Origin: Schizosaccharomyces osmophilus
Lineage: Eukaryota
Assembly: GCF_027921745.1 (NCBI RefSeq)
Contig: NC_079240.1
Coordinates: forward strand, 806,001-870,000
Direction of reading: 5' to 3'
DNA length: 64,000 nucleotides
Part shown: positions 36,830 through 48,657 of the stretch, one piece after another
Layout of the letters: each line of letters opens with the position of its first letter
Position numbering within the stretch: the stretch's first letter is position 1
Notes under the pieces: generated by a model
Told to the model about the DNA's origin: nothing
What the model saw: the letters and a program-made list of their open reading frames with translations, nothing else
The model's database searches: none
Position numbers and translations under genes: made by a program

Positions 36830-38342
36830 TTAGTTCTTCTTTTTAGCTTCTCTTGGAGTTTCTCTCATTTCCTTTACAACCTGTCGACCAGTCTCCCTTT
36901 ATATTTCTTCCGACTGTTTACTTGGCATATACAAACTGAAAAGTCTCGAATCTAAGTTAGGTAGATGGCTCAGACCGAGCTTACTTTCTCTTTCAAACTT
37001 TTTTGAATAGATAACCAATGGTAAAGCATCCTTTGTTTGTTGTGAGTAGTTTGTTTCCAGTCCCAAATGTCAACAAACAAACGTCTTGAAAAGGTATAAA
37101 TAGAGGTCGAACTCTCCCTTTTTCAACCAAGCAAGCATATCAATCACATGCATCCAAAAGCAATTCTCTCTCAAAATCGAGAGCTTTGTTTCTTGTAGAT
37201 GAATTGCGAAAACAGGACCTCGTTTCAGTCTATTATTGACAAAACTCACGAAATGAGCGCTCCCTGGATGTATCACTGCTTTGCTTCGTTAAAAGAGAAA
37301 TAAGCAGAAGGCGTTCCACCCGGTTGCTTTCCCATTGCTCCAATACCTTTTTCCTCATATATCTTAAAAAATTGTGATGAACGTTTTGATACTCTTCTTA
37401 AATTTCATCCTCTTAATCTTTTTTCAATTAATAACCTTTTCTCGTGAACCTTTATGACACATTTTTTGAGTATGATCCCTTTGATTCCCTCCTTTTCTAA
37501 CATTTCAGCTTTCTCTTTGATTGATTCCCTTTTTTGATTTTAACTTCTTTCCCTTGTAAACTGGTTTTATCCCCCGTTCTTTTCCTTAAGACTCTTGCTT
37601 CTAGCATTTGTTTACATTTCAAAATGCAAAGCAACGCACGAGTAATTGTATCTCGTCTACTATTATTATTTATGTACGTGTTGAACAAGACAAATCAGCA
37701 GCGAGCATAAGATTTTAGTATTCGACTATAGATTCGATTCTGGTGGTTGCTGGCGTTTGTTTACATTCCAAAATGTAATTTGCAGCATTCAAAAGGTCGA
37801 GTTCCAACTGCCCCTATTATTCATGTACGTGTTAAATTGAACATTTTTAGCAACGAGCATGAGATAAGAGTAATTGTGAACAGACTCAACAGATGTTTGC
37901 ATTCCTGGCATAATCGTTTCTCTCAATAGTGATGTTGAATCAGTCGACCTTTCGAAGCATTGACTCTGGCCAAGTCAAGCTTTGGGGTTTATGTTCCAAA
38001 ACCGAATTGAGTTGAAATTGATAATATAGAACAGGAGTTGCATCTTGGCATGAAATACAATACGCTGATCTCTTAAACCAAGTTGATCCTTTTCTCAAAT
38101 ATCCAGCGTTGATAATTTATTCAGTAAGGGGACGTCACAGATAATTCCAAAGGTTTCCTAGGACAAATCGAGTAACTCTTTGTCACTAGTCCGCTTTTCT
38201 GGTTGTGTCTGTTTGTTTACTGGAGGAAATCTCAATGCTACGTCCTTTGAGCAAAGGCAACTTGTTTCCTAACTCAAACTAAACTAAAATCCTTTTTTCA
38301 ATAAATCTCCTTTGCCTTCCTACACTGTTTATTTTTGACATC
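36830..38342 (-). pseudogene. Decayed coding relic with scattered stops and frameshifts; possibly a Ty3/gypsy (Tf-like) gag-protease remnant
   Basis: Long protein-like stretches broken by isolated stops, e.g. FLRYMRKKVLEQWESNRVERLLLISLLTKQ and ELLLDACD*YACLVEKGRVRPLFIP..LTFGTG. Identity is inference only. Confidence 0.35.
37601..37872. repeat. Imperfect direct tandem duplication, period ~150 bp
   Basis: ctagcatttgtttacatttcaaaatg (37601) vs ctggcgtttgtttacattccaaaatg (37750); tattatttatgtacgtgttgaa vs tattattcatgtacgtgttaaa; agcagcgagcataagat vs agcaacgagcatgagat. Confidence 0.85.
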
Positions 38343-38941
38343 CGAGTATGCGTCGAATAACTGAGTAATGTTGGCTGTCAATAAGCATATTTTTTCGTCT
38401 TTCTAATTTATTCATTTATAATCTTGAATCAGAAAAAAACATAGAACTATTCGACCTTTACAAATCAGCAATCAATCACTTTCAGTAGCATGTTAATGTC
38501 ATAACTGGTATACGATATTACTAATATTTTGATATTATTATCCTATAACTATAAGGATTCATGAATGTAATGAATAAATAAAGAAACTCTTGAAACAAAG
38601 AGTTGAAAGAAGACAAAGAAAATAGCTTTATACAAAGACTTTGTTACAAATTATAAAAATGCAAATTATCTGGCAAATGTTCAGATTGGAAGATTTGACT
38701 GATCTAGCTAAAATAAATTGTTCATACAACTTGCTTAGTGAATCAGATCCCTGGAAGCTATTGCTATTTTTTTCTAGTAGTATGAAAGAATCAAATGAAA
38801 AAATTAAACATAAAATTTACTGAATTGTTGTTACATACATCTTTTCCACTGAATACTTATTCTCATAACAAGTGAGATTCACCCTGTGACTGTTAACCTG
38901 ATGCTAACTAATACTACTAACATTAAGGATGATTGTAAAGC

Positions 38942-39013
38942 GGTTGTATGGTGTAGCGGCTAGCACATGAGATTTTGATTCTCGAGATCTGGGTTCGACT
39001 CCCAGTACGACCT
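38942..39013 (+). tRNA. tRNA-Gln(TTG)
   Basis: GGTTGTA acceptor pairs with TACGACC; anticodon arm TGAGA-TT-TTG-AT-TCTCG; GGTTCGACTCC B-box. Confidence 0.94.
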
Positions 39014-39738
39014 AAAATACCATCAATATCAAATTGATTTCTTTTTGGAATTCTGGGAGAATTTGTTTATGAATGCCAATTTCTCATTGTCCCAAATTAC
39101 AAATAAATCGCAGATAATGCGAGCCATTTTAAATTTTTGCTAATTGCCGCCTATTACAGAAAAAACATTTGGACAGTAGAAGCTATCCGATAATCCATCG
39201 CTGTCACTCGTAAGCTGGCTATTTCACTCGTACGACTCTATGAAATTGTGTATTGAGCAATACAGCAACTGTGAAAATTTCTGCTTCCATTGGACGTTGT
39301 TACACTACGTGGATGGTGATCAACAACGTCTGATTCTTGAAAAAGACAACATATTATATATATGAGCTCAAATTCTTAATAAATTATGTCTAAATTTCAT
39401 ATGAAATGGTTTGTTTACACAAAATTACTAAATAACTCTTTGCGTGTATTTATATTATTTGATACTTTAAAAATATATAATTGTATTAGAATTATAATAC
39501 AGAAAACTGCAGACTGAGAGTTGGCACTAGCGGCAGAAAGTGCCGTTAATGCGATATCGGTTTATGGTTTTGGATAATGAGAGCTACTTTAATTACACCG
39601 TAAATTGATATTAGCAAAAGCACTATGTATCGCTATTCTACTGAAACTATACAGTCCAAAGAAGAAAAACTTTGCCTAAGCAAACTATTACCATTTGTGG
39701 TTGAACGTTTGAAGGAATACTCCTAGATTAGTTTTCAG

Positions 39739-40848
39739 ATGGGACAAACTCTCTCCGAACCAGTCGTAGAAAAACACTCAAATTCTGGCGGAGATAATTA
39801 TGTACAATACGGAGTATCGCATATGCAAGGCTGGCGGATTTCGATGGAGGACGCGCATTGTGCGGTTTTGAATATGCTACACCATGCAGGAAATCCTCAG
39901 ATCAGTTTTTTAGGTGTTTTCGACGGTCATGGAGGAGATCGCGTTGCAAAGTACTGCGGTCAAAACTTGCCAGAAATCATAAAGAGACAACACTCCTTTT
40001 GGAAAGGGGATTATGGGGAAGCATTGAAATCTGGATTTTTAGAGACCGACCAAGCATTAATGAGGGATTACGATATGCAAGAAGACCCATCTGGTTGCAC
40101 AGCTACAACAGTCATGATCGTTAATGACCAAGTAGTATATTGTGCCAATGCAGGAGATTCTCGAACCGTTCTTTCACGGCGAGGCATTTCAGAACCACTT
40201 TCTTTCGATCATAAACCAAACATAGATGTCGAAAAGGCACGTATCAAGGCAGCAGGTGGATTTATTGACTTTGGCCGTGTCAATGGCAGTCTCGCGCTTT
40301 CTCGAGCCATCGGTGATTTCGAATACAAAAAGAATAGTCTCCTTCCTCCGGAAAAACAGATAGTCACAGCCTTTCCTGATGTTGTTTGTCATACCATCGG
40401 CCCGGAAGATGAATTCTTGGTTTTGGCTTGTGATGGAATTTGGGATTGCAAGAATTCGCAGGAAGTCGTCGAGTTTGTTCGAAGGGGAATTGTTGCGAAG
40501 CAATCTCTGGAAACAATTGGTGAAAATTTAATGGACAGATGTATTGCTAGCAACAGTGAGTCTTGCGGAATTGGCTGTGACAACATGACTATTTGTATTG
40601 TGGCCCTCTTGCAAGGTCGCACTTTGGATGAATGGTATGACTGGATAAGTCGTCGTGTCAAATCCAACATTGGCCCTTGTGCCCCTGATTCCTATGCTGA
40701 GTTACGTGGACCAAATACCGTAGCCGATGCCCGAAATATACATCTTGAGTACGATTTCATGGCAAATCATGAATATGGTAGCGGTGATACTTTTGATAGT
40801 GATTCCGATGATGAATCTATTATCTACGACCGCTATTTTTTGCATTAA
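39739..40848 (+). CDS. ptc2: PP2C phosphatase Ptc2
   Basis: MGQTLSEP, MQGWRISMEDAH, DGHGG, NAGDSR, LALSRAIGD, LACDGIWD and GCDNMT motifs. Confidence 0.93.
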   Translation: MGQTLSEPVVEKHSNSGGDNYVQYGVSHMQGWRISMEDAHCAVLNMLHHAGNPQISFLGVFDGHGGDRVAKYCGQNLPEIIKRQHSFWKGDYGEALKSGFLETDQALMRDYDMQEDPSGCTATTVMIVNDQVVYCANAGDSRTVLSRRGISEPLSFDHKPNIDVEKARIKAAGGFIDFGRVNGSLALSRAIGDFEYKKNSLLPPEKQIVTAFPDVVCHTIGPEDEFLVLACDGIWDCKNSQEVVEFVRRGIVAKQSLETIGENLMDRCIASNSESCGIGCDNMTICIVALLQGRTLDEWYDWISRRVKSNIGPCAPDSYAELRGPNTVADARNIHLEYDFMANHEYGSGDTFDSDSDDESIIYDRYFLH

Positions 40849-42008
40849 TTATACACCTAATTTTACACCTGGCCATCTTTTAGGGAATCCTTTTTTGATA
40901 CCGTTCACTTCAGTTTTAATAACTCGGACGTTATTAATTATCCCAACTTACCTCGTCATTTGTTTTAATTTATTATCATTTCCTTTCTCTCCTTACCTTT
41001 TTTTTGTATCTCCACTTTTCCTTGGCGCTTGATTCAATAATCGTCATAATCTTGTTGACGTGCCTTTTGTGTTCAATGTTTGAAGTTTTTCATCAAATGG
41101 TTTCTTCTATAGGAAACAGCTAGCTGTTAAAGGCTGGGGGTTTTTTTTATTTAAATATTCATTCGATGCCTTACAGTCAGTGATCCTTTCTCAAGAAAAT
41201 AGTTTTATATTTTAGTTCTTGGTTATTATAGATGCCGTATACGATCCCTATCCTTTGAACGACTAGTTGTCGTTTCTTGGGTTTGGACAAACCATAATGT
41301 TTACGTCAATTCTTGTGTTAGTTCTTCAATGAGCCTTTACACTTAATCCATTCTTTTGACGACGACGGGTAAAGCATTAAGGATGAATATCTGCACCCAA
41401 AACCACATTTTTCACGATTTATTGAATGCCCAGATTATTATGAGTGGTATCAGGTTTTTGTATTAAGACGACTCTTTTGTTTCGCTAGCAAATGTAAGGT
41501 GCCTAAAAAGCATTTGCGAATATCGTTTTTTATATGATTAATTTCGGTATTTTCTTTCGCTAGCGAAAAATGTTCTTTTTGACTTCTCCTCCCTATATCT
41601 CTAGAATTTCATCCGATTAGATTTTGTTTATGTTTGTTAAATACAACAACGTCTTTATTTATATTAAGAAAACAAAATGACCTACTTGCCATTTTAAATT
41701 TTATAGGTGTTGTATGAATAAAGTTTGTCTTATTGCTTGTTTTAATATATATTTTTCAATTACTCTTATAAAAACTTGGCAAAAATGCATACAGGAAATA
41801 TAAAAGCTCCTATACACTTTGAAGATACTTTGAAACAAATTTTAGAATCTATTTCTCAGTATTCTGTTCATTCCGTCCTCCCGTGTTGTACGTGAAAAGT
41901 GGAAGGCATTCACAGTCAGAACGCCATAATCAAATCCTAGTTATTAATAACCTAACTATACGGCATAATAAAGCATTTTCTCATAATTTTAAAGAACAAA
42001 AAAAAGAA

Positions 42009-42083
42009 CTCCCACTGCGAGACTCGAACTCGCAACCTTCCGGTTAAAAGCCGGACGCTCTAATCCGATTGAGCTAAACGGGA
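42009..42083 (-). tRNA. tRNA-Lys(TTT)
   Basis: TCCCGTT/AGTGGGA acceptor stem; TCCGG-CT-TTT-AA-CCGGA anticodon arm; GTTCGAGT T-loop; oligo-T downstream. Confidence 0.94.
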
Positions 42084-42658
42084 CTTGTTGATAATAGGAT
42101 AATTTTAGTAGCCTATGTCCATAATGTTTTTACGTGCTCTTCCCGAATTCTTAAATGATTCTAATCATCCTTTGGTATGTAGTTATTATTCCTTCAGTAA
42201 ATATTCCGTTTATAATTAACGAACAATCTGATTACAAATTTTAAATGCTTTTTTTTTTTTTTTGCGTCTTTAGTAACCTACAGTTTACTTTGCGAAACCA
42301 TATTGGGTTCAGGTAAAGAAAATTAATTATACTTCAGGTGAATTTATTCTAATCGTTATCGTTCATTTTCTCGTAATGCTTTTCATGACAGTGAATCATA
42401 GCAAAGTTCGCTCTTGAGTTCCAATATTCTTAGTTGGATATAAGACTCAGGATTATGTGATGTGGGAAATGAAGTGGTGTGCCGTATGCAGGTAGGATGG
42501 ATGACAATTTTTGCTCCTTTTTTTTTATTGTTTTTTATTTCCAGAATGTCTTAAATTTAAACCGTTGAAATTCATGGAAAGACGATGCAAGCAGTGTTCA
42601 TATATCTGAAGATTTGTACAATCTTAATATTCCTTTCTCGCTTTTTACACTGTGACAT

Positions 42659-43924
42659 TTAAAGGAGGTATTCAAAGTAAAATGCCATAAAGACCAAGAA
42701 AGAAGCAAGCATAACCGAAGAGGAAACCTTACTTTTGTTAGCAGCACTTGTTTGCTTATTCGACTTGTCCTTCGAATCCTTCGACTTCTTCAAAGGTTCC
42801 TTGACGCTTTCAGTGCCATCTTCCCCGAAAAACTCACCGTTAAGGGTAGCTTCTTCATTTGTTGGATTCTCTACGTTTCCACGGCATATGAAGGATTTAC
42901 CTTTGATGACACCATCACTTTGACGGAAAGGGCAAGAGAATTGATCAGAAGAGGACTGCAAGTTCAAACCTCCCTTGACATCTCTCAAGGCGGGTAAATC
43001 CACCTCAGCCAAGTCACCGCTGAAATCGATAGAACCAGACACAGTACGCAACTTGTTAAATCCCTTAATCTGTTTCAATTCTTCATTGTTGAAAACCATA
43101 AATGTACCACCAATTGTTTCCAGTTGCTTGAAGTTAATGGAGGCCAAATCCGTGTTGCCAACAAAGAATAATGACTGACCAATGGAAGAGATGTTGGGGC
43201 ATGAGACTTCCCTCATAGTACTGTTCAAAAATCCAACGAATCCATGAACGGTCTTTAATGCACGAAGATCAATGTCAGCGACTCTTTGAACAGTCATGTC
43301 ACCAACCTGTTCAAGCACGGGTAATTTCACATTTATTTCTCTGGCGTTGTAGGAAACGTAAACTTTACCCTTAACACTTTCCAAATAAGGCATATTTACT
43401 TCTCGGAGATAGTTGTTGTTGACAACAATCATACTCTCAGTCTTCTTCAAAGAGATTCCATCAAGGGTAGATAACTGGGTGTCCTCAATGCGCAAGGCAT
43501 TTGCTTCCTTGACACCCTTATCGAATCGAATTCCTTGGAGATTTGGTAAGATGCGTAAGTTCAAGGATCCAACTTTTTCCAAAACAGGAGCATACAAGCT
43601 ACCGAGTCTAGTGAGCTTTTCCAGGCGAAGTTCTCCTTGGATGGATTTCAAGGACGTGAGGGATACAGAAGCCAAATAATTGTTATTTTGAATTATAACG
43701 TCGCCCGCGACACTTTCGATGCGGTTGAAGGACAACGCGACCGCAGAACTCGCATTCATGATGATGGAGCCATTGACGACCTGACAGTTACTTAAAACAT
43801 CAAGATCGGCTTGGGTTTGAATATGGTATTCGGGTGCACCACATGTCGTAGGAGTTGCTAGGACGGTGGAGAACAGCCATGACCCTAGCAATGCCAGGGT
43901 GTAAGTGAGGGAAGCAAACTTCAT
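42659..43924 (-). CDS. meu10: Ecm33/Sps2-family GPI-anchored spore-wall protein Meu10
   Basis: Signal peptide [14 protein letters not shown], receptor-L-like repeats, [13 protein letters not shown], hydrophobic GPI tail; recalled synteny. Confidence 0.88.
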   Translation of the reverse strand: MKFASLTYTLALLGSWLFSTVLATPTTCGAPEYHIQTQADLDVLSNCQVVNGSIIMNASSAVALSFNRIESVAGDVIIQNNNYLASVSLTSLKSIQGELRLEKLTRLGSLYAPVLEKVGSLNLRILPNLQGIRFDKGVKEANALRIEDTQLSTLDGISLKKTESMIVVNNNYLREVNMPYLESVKGKVYVSYNAREINVKLPVLEQVGDMTVQRVADIDLRALKTVHGFVGFLNSTMREVSCPNISSIGQSLFFVGNTDLASINFKQLETIGGTFMVFNNEELKQIKGFNKLRTVSGSIDFSGDLAEVDLPALRDVKGGLNLQSSSDQFSCPFRQSDGVIKGKSFICRGNVENPTNEEATLNGEFFGEDGTESVKEPLKKSKDSKDKSNKQTSAANKSKVSSSVMLASFLVFMAFYFEYLL

Positions 43925-44470
43925 CTTTTCGAGAAACAAAGAGCAATTGTGTGTTTGTTGTTGGGACAAGGATAGAAGAAAAGAGGTTTTGAAAAACGGT
44001 TATTCCAAGGAGGAGGAAAAACAAGTCCAAGAGTTTTTCGAGCTTTGGTATGAATCGACACAAAGCGAAAGGTAAAAATGCAAAGCTGTATCTAGGCCTG
44101 AGAAACGGGCTAAAAATACTAGGAGTGATAAAATATGTTCAGAGAGGATTCGCCTATGCAGCGCCTTGGGATAAAATATAAATGCAAGCCAAATAAATAG
44201 TATGTGCTGAATGCAAGTTCTTGTATACAATTGCTGCCCCTTTTATAGGATGCCGTTTGACAAAGTAAACAATAAACAAACACTGAAAGCCTGCTGGTTA
44301 TATACGGAAACGTTGAATGAGAATGTGTCGATTCGTTTCGCTGTATCTTTATAGACTATATGCATTATTCATTTGCGCCTACTTTTCCATTGCAATTGTT
44401 TGTTGACTCTTATTTTCGTTAATCTCCGCCAATCCCTCAAAGAGCAATCGATCTACCATAAACACACTAT

Positions 44471-44481
44471 TGTTTGTTTAC
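44471..44481 (-). promoter_or_regulatory. FLEX (Mei4/forkhead) element GTAAACAAACA upstream of meu10
   Basis: Perfect motif ~550 nt upstream of a sporulation gene; a second GTAAACAATAAACAAACA lies at ~44264. Confidence 0.65.
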
Positions 44482-45840
44482 ATTTTCCCCTTGCATCAGA
44501 TGGGAAGGAGAAATTGCGTTCCAATGCCGTATACGATCGTTTCCTGCGTTCCCTTATTTCCGTGCTGACCGAGATTACAGAGTATTGACAAAACACGGTA
44601 TATAAAATATGGAGAAGGTTTGCATTACCGTAAACACATCTCTGAATTACAACAAGAAGAATCCTAATCCTTTTTACGAATGGCAACGAGAATTAAAAAG
44701 CGCAAAGTGAACCAGAGCGATAGAATGCATTACAGGTAAAAATGAAAGCCATGAAGAAACAGAGGAAGAGCTTCCATCGTCCCACAGCAGGACGCGTATG
44801 CCCCGAAAGGACAGACAAGGATGTACAAGAAAACTTGAACAGTGATGACGAGTTTTTCATTTTTAACGACAAAGAATGGGCGTTTCATGAGCCTGGTAAT
44901 GGGTTTTCACCCATCGGCTTTTAATAGAACGAAAAAAGAAAGAAAGAAAACAGAAAAAAAAAAAAAATTTAAAGAAAGTTAAGATGAGTACTGTGGAACA
45001 ATAAAAGACAAGGGAAACTTTTCAAAGACAGGATCAGACCTGTGATGTACAAATGTACTGCCAGTTTCGTTTCGATGAAATTTGCCGATGTAAACACTGT
45101 CGCTTTTATAAGCAAGATAATGAGATCTTTTACCACATTGGAAGAGGCCTATAAAATCACTTCTACCAGCTTTTTGGATTGACCTTTTTAGTTGACAAAA
45201 GCCGATTCGGCTATTATTTTTCGTTGTATGGTCGCTATTATTATAAATCATATCACATTATATCAAGGCTTATTAAGCATAACCAGTGATACGTCTGGAA
45301 AATACAAAGAAGGATTGAATATACAAGAAAAAGAGGTTGCAGAAAAAATTTTCGCGTACGAAGAGGTTCTAGTTCTTTTCGCTCGTTATTTCATAGTGGA
45401 ATCATTTTCTATGGGAGCCATTCACTACGATGGTCGTTTTGTCGATTATATTATTGTTTCTTCGTTTGTCTAGTTTTACTCTTTACGAATGTAATTGTGT
45501 CTATATGACGATGGTATGATTTCTTTTTTTATTTTTTTTATTTTTTTTTTTCAAAAAGTATGCTGGAGTGGTCCTGGGATATGGATTTATAATATATTTG
45601 AAATTGGCTCCTGGAAGTTTCATCTATTCGTCGCTTAATAAGTTTTGACCGTTCCAGTTGGCTTTCTTCGAGGGAAAGAAATGATCTGAGAATAGAAACA
45701 AGCAGAGCCTAGTGAATGCAAAGAAATTTGGACTTAACTTTTGCAATTTTATTTTTATAATAAAAAGAAAAGAAAGAAAAGAGTAAAGAGGAGATTACCG
45801 TACAAAGGTACTTCTCTGTATTTTGGTGTCCAAATAATCT

Positions 45841-48657
45841 ATGAACCCTAGACGTTTTAGCAATCATTTCTTCGAAGAATTGCCCCCATCATATTTTCAA
45901 GAGTATACTACTGAGGCTCACAATGTAACTGAATTATTTGCTCGCTTCGGAACTCGTTCTCAAAACTCTTTACATTCCACGCTGGATTCTTTTCCTTTTG
46001 GAAAGGATGATTATTTTTCTTCCAATCAAACCATGCCCGCCGATTATCCTTCCACTACTTCTGATTCCTCCTCCACGTTTTACCCACGGTACTTCCAAAA
46101 CACCCAAGACGATGTTTCCAACGAGCTCAAAAACACGAAGAAGATAGACACACCCAACGGCGGCGAGTTCAGCGATCCTTCCAACATGTATGTTTTCCCT
46201 TTTGTATTGTCGCCTGCCCCCAGTCTACCATTTCAATCCGTTTATGACTCTCTTCCCCAGCCAGTACAATCTTCTCAAGATGATCACTCTCAAGAAACCC
46301 CGTATCACCCGCTATATAATCCTTCCTTTATGAATTCATCCGACTTGGCTGCGTATCCCGCCCAACCCATCTCGGATGAAGCATTAAACTTTTCAAAAAC
46401 GAGTCGCTTACCTTATTCCCAACCCCTTTCGCATAATCCAGATTCTCTAGACTTTTCAAATGTAAATGCCTGTGCATTTCTAGATCCTACCGTTTCGTAT
46501 GAAGCTAGTACGTGTTCTTTTTCTGCTTATCCAACATGTTCCTCGCAACTTCCCGAATTGGCAGCTCCCCAAAACTTTACGAGTCCCTCATCTGCTTATG
46601 CTGAGCGAAATGCATCTCCAAGACAATCACCTTCGATGTCTTTGGCTAACACTTCCTCCACAGACATAAATTCCCCCGCAGTTGATGGTATCCGAGCCGC
46701 CTCTTATAAGTACGCTTCCAATTGTGCCACCAAGCATAACTTTCAGCAAACTCTTGAGGCTCATCCACCCGTACAGACCGAAACTTCACACGTGTTTGCT
46801 CCAAATGATTTAGAAAACAAGTCAATCAATTTGAAAAACTGTGAGTCCAATTCCTTGTTTTACCAACCCTATACGGATCAGACTCATCAAGATACCTCTT
46901 GTTTGCCCACTCCTTCAATAGACTCAAATGCTTATTGCCCAAAAACCCAAAAGCATACTCAGTATGGTACCAACCACACAGACGCAGTATCTTCCAGGCC
47001 TTTGGCATCTGATGTGTATCTTTTTCAAAATGGGGAGCCGCTTTTTGTAAAAAAGAGTAAAAGCATGACTGAAGACTCAGTACCGAAGAATACTACAAGT
47101 GAGTCCGTGTCGTCTTCAATTCCCCCTTCCATCTATTCTTATTATACCTACATTGAACAAAGACTGCGTTATGTATTACAGCACCACGAAAGTCTTTGCA
47201 GTTTCAATATATGCATGCCATCTGTATGTCAAAAATCTTATGGTAGTGAGCGGCGATATTTATGTCCCCCTATTGTGTTGTACTTCTTGGGAATCAATTG
47301 GTTCGACTATGAATCAGATGAAATGGTTATTCTGTCAAACATTGTGAAAGATGCTGAGGACGCAAACCTTTCCAAGTCCGTTTTGTATTACGATGCTGAT
47401 GGTAAGGAGGTGAGTTCATCTTCAAAAAAGCAGTTTTCCACAAGCGATGAACAATGTCAAAAATCAAGTCCTGTTTGGGCAAGTACTATGCTAAAAACTA
47501 TTTATTATACAGGAACAGGCGAACATGATAAACTAGGTCGTTCTACCCAACTTCAACTTCAAATCGATACCAAAAGCAAGCAACTAGGAATTGACAAAGT
47601 ACGGTTAGGTGTCATTTCCAAGCCCAGTCAAAAACGCGCTCTTGCCAAGGTTTCCGACATGAGTATATGTCACGGTGATTGTGTCAGTCTCTTTAATCGT
47701 TACCGTGCCCAGCATAATAACGCTTTGTTTTTAAGTACCAGTAGATTGCCCCAGGTACTGTCTGATAAGAGCACGCGTATGAAAGCTTCTGGTAACTTTT
47801 TCCCAGACATTGATACTCCGACTACTGCTGAGAATGAGCAGGGCAGACTTATCATGACCAGTGATACTTGGGAGCCATTTTATATTTTGTCTGTTGATGA
47901 GCTCAAAAAAGGTAACGGAAGTGTTACGGCTAATACCCAACGAGTTGTTCTGAGTTTTGATACCCTTGTAATCTTAGCTAGCCAAATTACAGGAGTGCAA
48001 TCGCCACCTTTGATATTGAAGAAACGGGAAAGCTGGAAAGTGTCCATTTCTTGTGCGAAATCCCATGAGTCTTTTAACTGCTTGTCTAAATTAGCATTTC
48101 AGTGTCCGGTATCGAAAAGGTTTTTATCTATTGATGAACTGAATTTTGGAGGAGTTGGGTATACAGAAGGGGAATTTCAGTTTAACGACAAACTAAATCC
48201 GACAAGTGCAACTCACTCCGTTCTACCCTGGTCGGCAATGTGGTCAATTATATCCACACAATCTTATAGCACCAATTTCTATGATGAGCCGTTATTTAAG
48301 AATCGCAAACACTCAGTGCCTAGCATGCCAGCGGTTAAATATATGTATTCGGATAAGCAGTCTTTGCTTTATGTGTATGGTACTGGATTTGCAACCGACG
48401 TTCAAGTGTGGATTGGTGATGCAAAGTGCGAAGTTTTAAAAAAGACGGGCGACTCGTTGAACCCAAGTACTCTACCGGACGTTGTTTCTTCTTCTCGATT
48501 TTGTTCAAGGTTACAAGCTTTTCCAGTCAATTTAACGTGCGTTGCGTGCGTATTGCCATTGCATCTGTTGGGGTCGAAAATAACGACGAATCCTATCTTA
48601 TTATTTCAGCATGACACCTTCTTTCATTCTGGGTTTGCATGGCCATTGCATTCGTGA
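45841..48657 (+). CDS. cbf12: CSL-family transcription factor Cbf12
   Basis: Long low-complexity N-terminus; SVCQKSYGSERRYLCPP, VISKPSQKR and VSLFNRYRAQ CSL motifs. Confidence 0.92.
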   Translation: MNPRRFSNHFFEELPPSYFQEYTTEAHNVTELFARFGTRSQNSLHSTLDSFPFGKDDYFSSNQTMPADYPSTTSDSSSTFYPRYFQNTQDDVSNELKNTKKIDTPNGGEFSDPSNMYVFPFVLSPAPSLPFQSVYDSLPQPVQSSQDDHSQETPYHPLYNPSFMNSSDLAAYPAQPISDEALNFSKTSRLPYSQPLSHNPDSLDFSNVNACAFLDPTVSYEASTCSFSAYPTCSSQLPELAAPQNFTSPSSAYAERNASPRQSPSMSLANTSSTDINSPAVDGIRAASYKYASNCATKHNFQQTLEAHPPVQTETSHVFAPNDLENKSINLKNCESNSLFYQPYTDQTHQDTSCLPTPSIDSNAYCPKTQKHTQYGTNHTDAVSSRPLASDVYLFQNGEPLFVKKSKSMTEDSVPKNTTSESVSSSIPPSIYSYYTYIEQRLRYVLQHHESLCSFNICMPSVCQKSYGSERRYLCPPIVLYFLGINWFDYESDEMVILSNIVKDAEDANLSKSVLYYDADGKEVSSSSKKQFSTSDEQCQKSSPVWASTMLKTIYYTGTGEHDKLGRSTQLQLQIDTKSKQLGIDKVRLGVISKPSQKRALAKVSDMSICHGDCVSLFNRYRAQHNNALFLSTSRLPQVLSDKSTRMKASGNFFPDIDTPTTAENEQGRLIMTSDTWEPFYILSVDELKKGNGSVTANTQRVVLSFDTLVILASQITGVQSPPLILKKRESWKVSISCAKSHESFNCLSKLAFQCPVSKRFLSIDELNFGGVGYTEGEFQFNDKLNPTSATHSVLPWSAMWSIISTQSYSTNFYDEPLFKNRKHSVPSMPAVKYMYSDKQSLLYVYGTGFATDVQVWIGDAKCEVLKKTGDSLNPSTLPDVVSSSRFCSRLQAFPVNLTCVACVLPLHLLGSKITTNPILLFQHDTFFHSGFAWPLHS

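Noticed and set aside
35000..39700. Intact wtf meiotic driver or 5S rDNA locus
   Set aside because: No 5S rRNA sequence recognised and no hydrophobic multi-exon ORF could be assembled.
42462..42468. GTGGGAA CSL site near cbf12 (also at 25320 and 26641)
   Set aside because: A 7-mer expected by chance several times in 64 kb; none lies in a clear promoter position.
44373..45473. Short ORFs in the meu10-cbf12 divergent intergenic region
   Set aside because: Mostly non-ATG starts, no motifs and overlapping in several frames; consistent with chance ORFs in promoter/UTR DNA.
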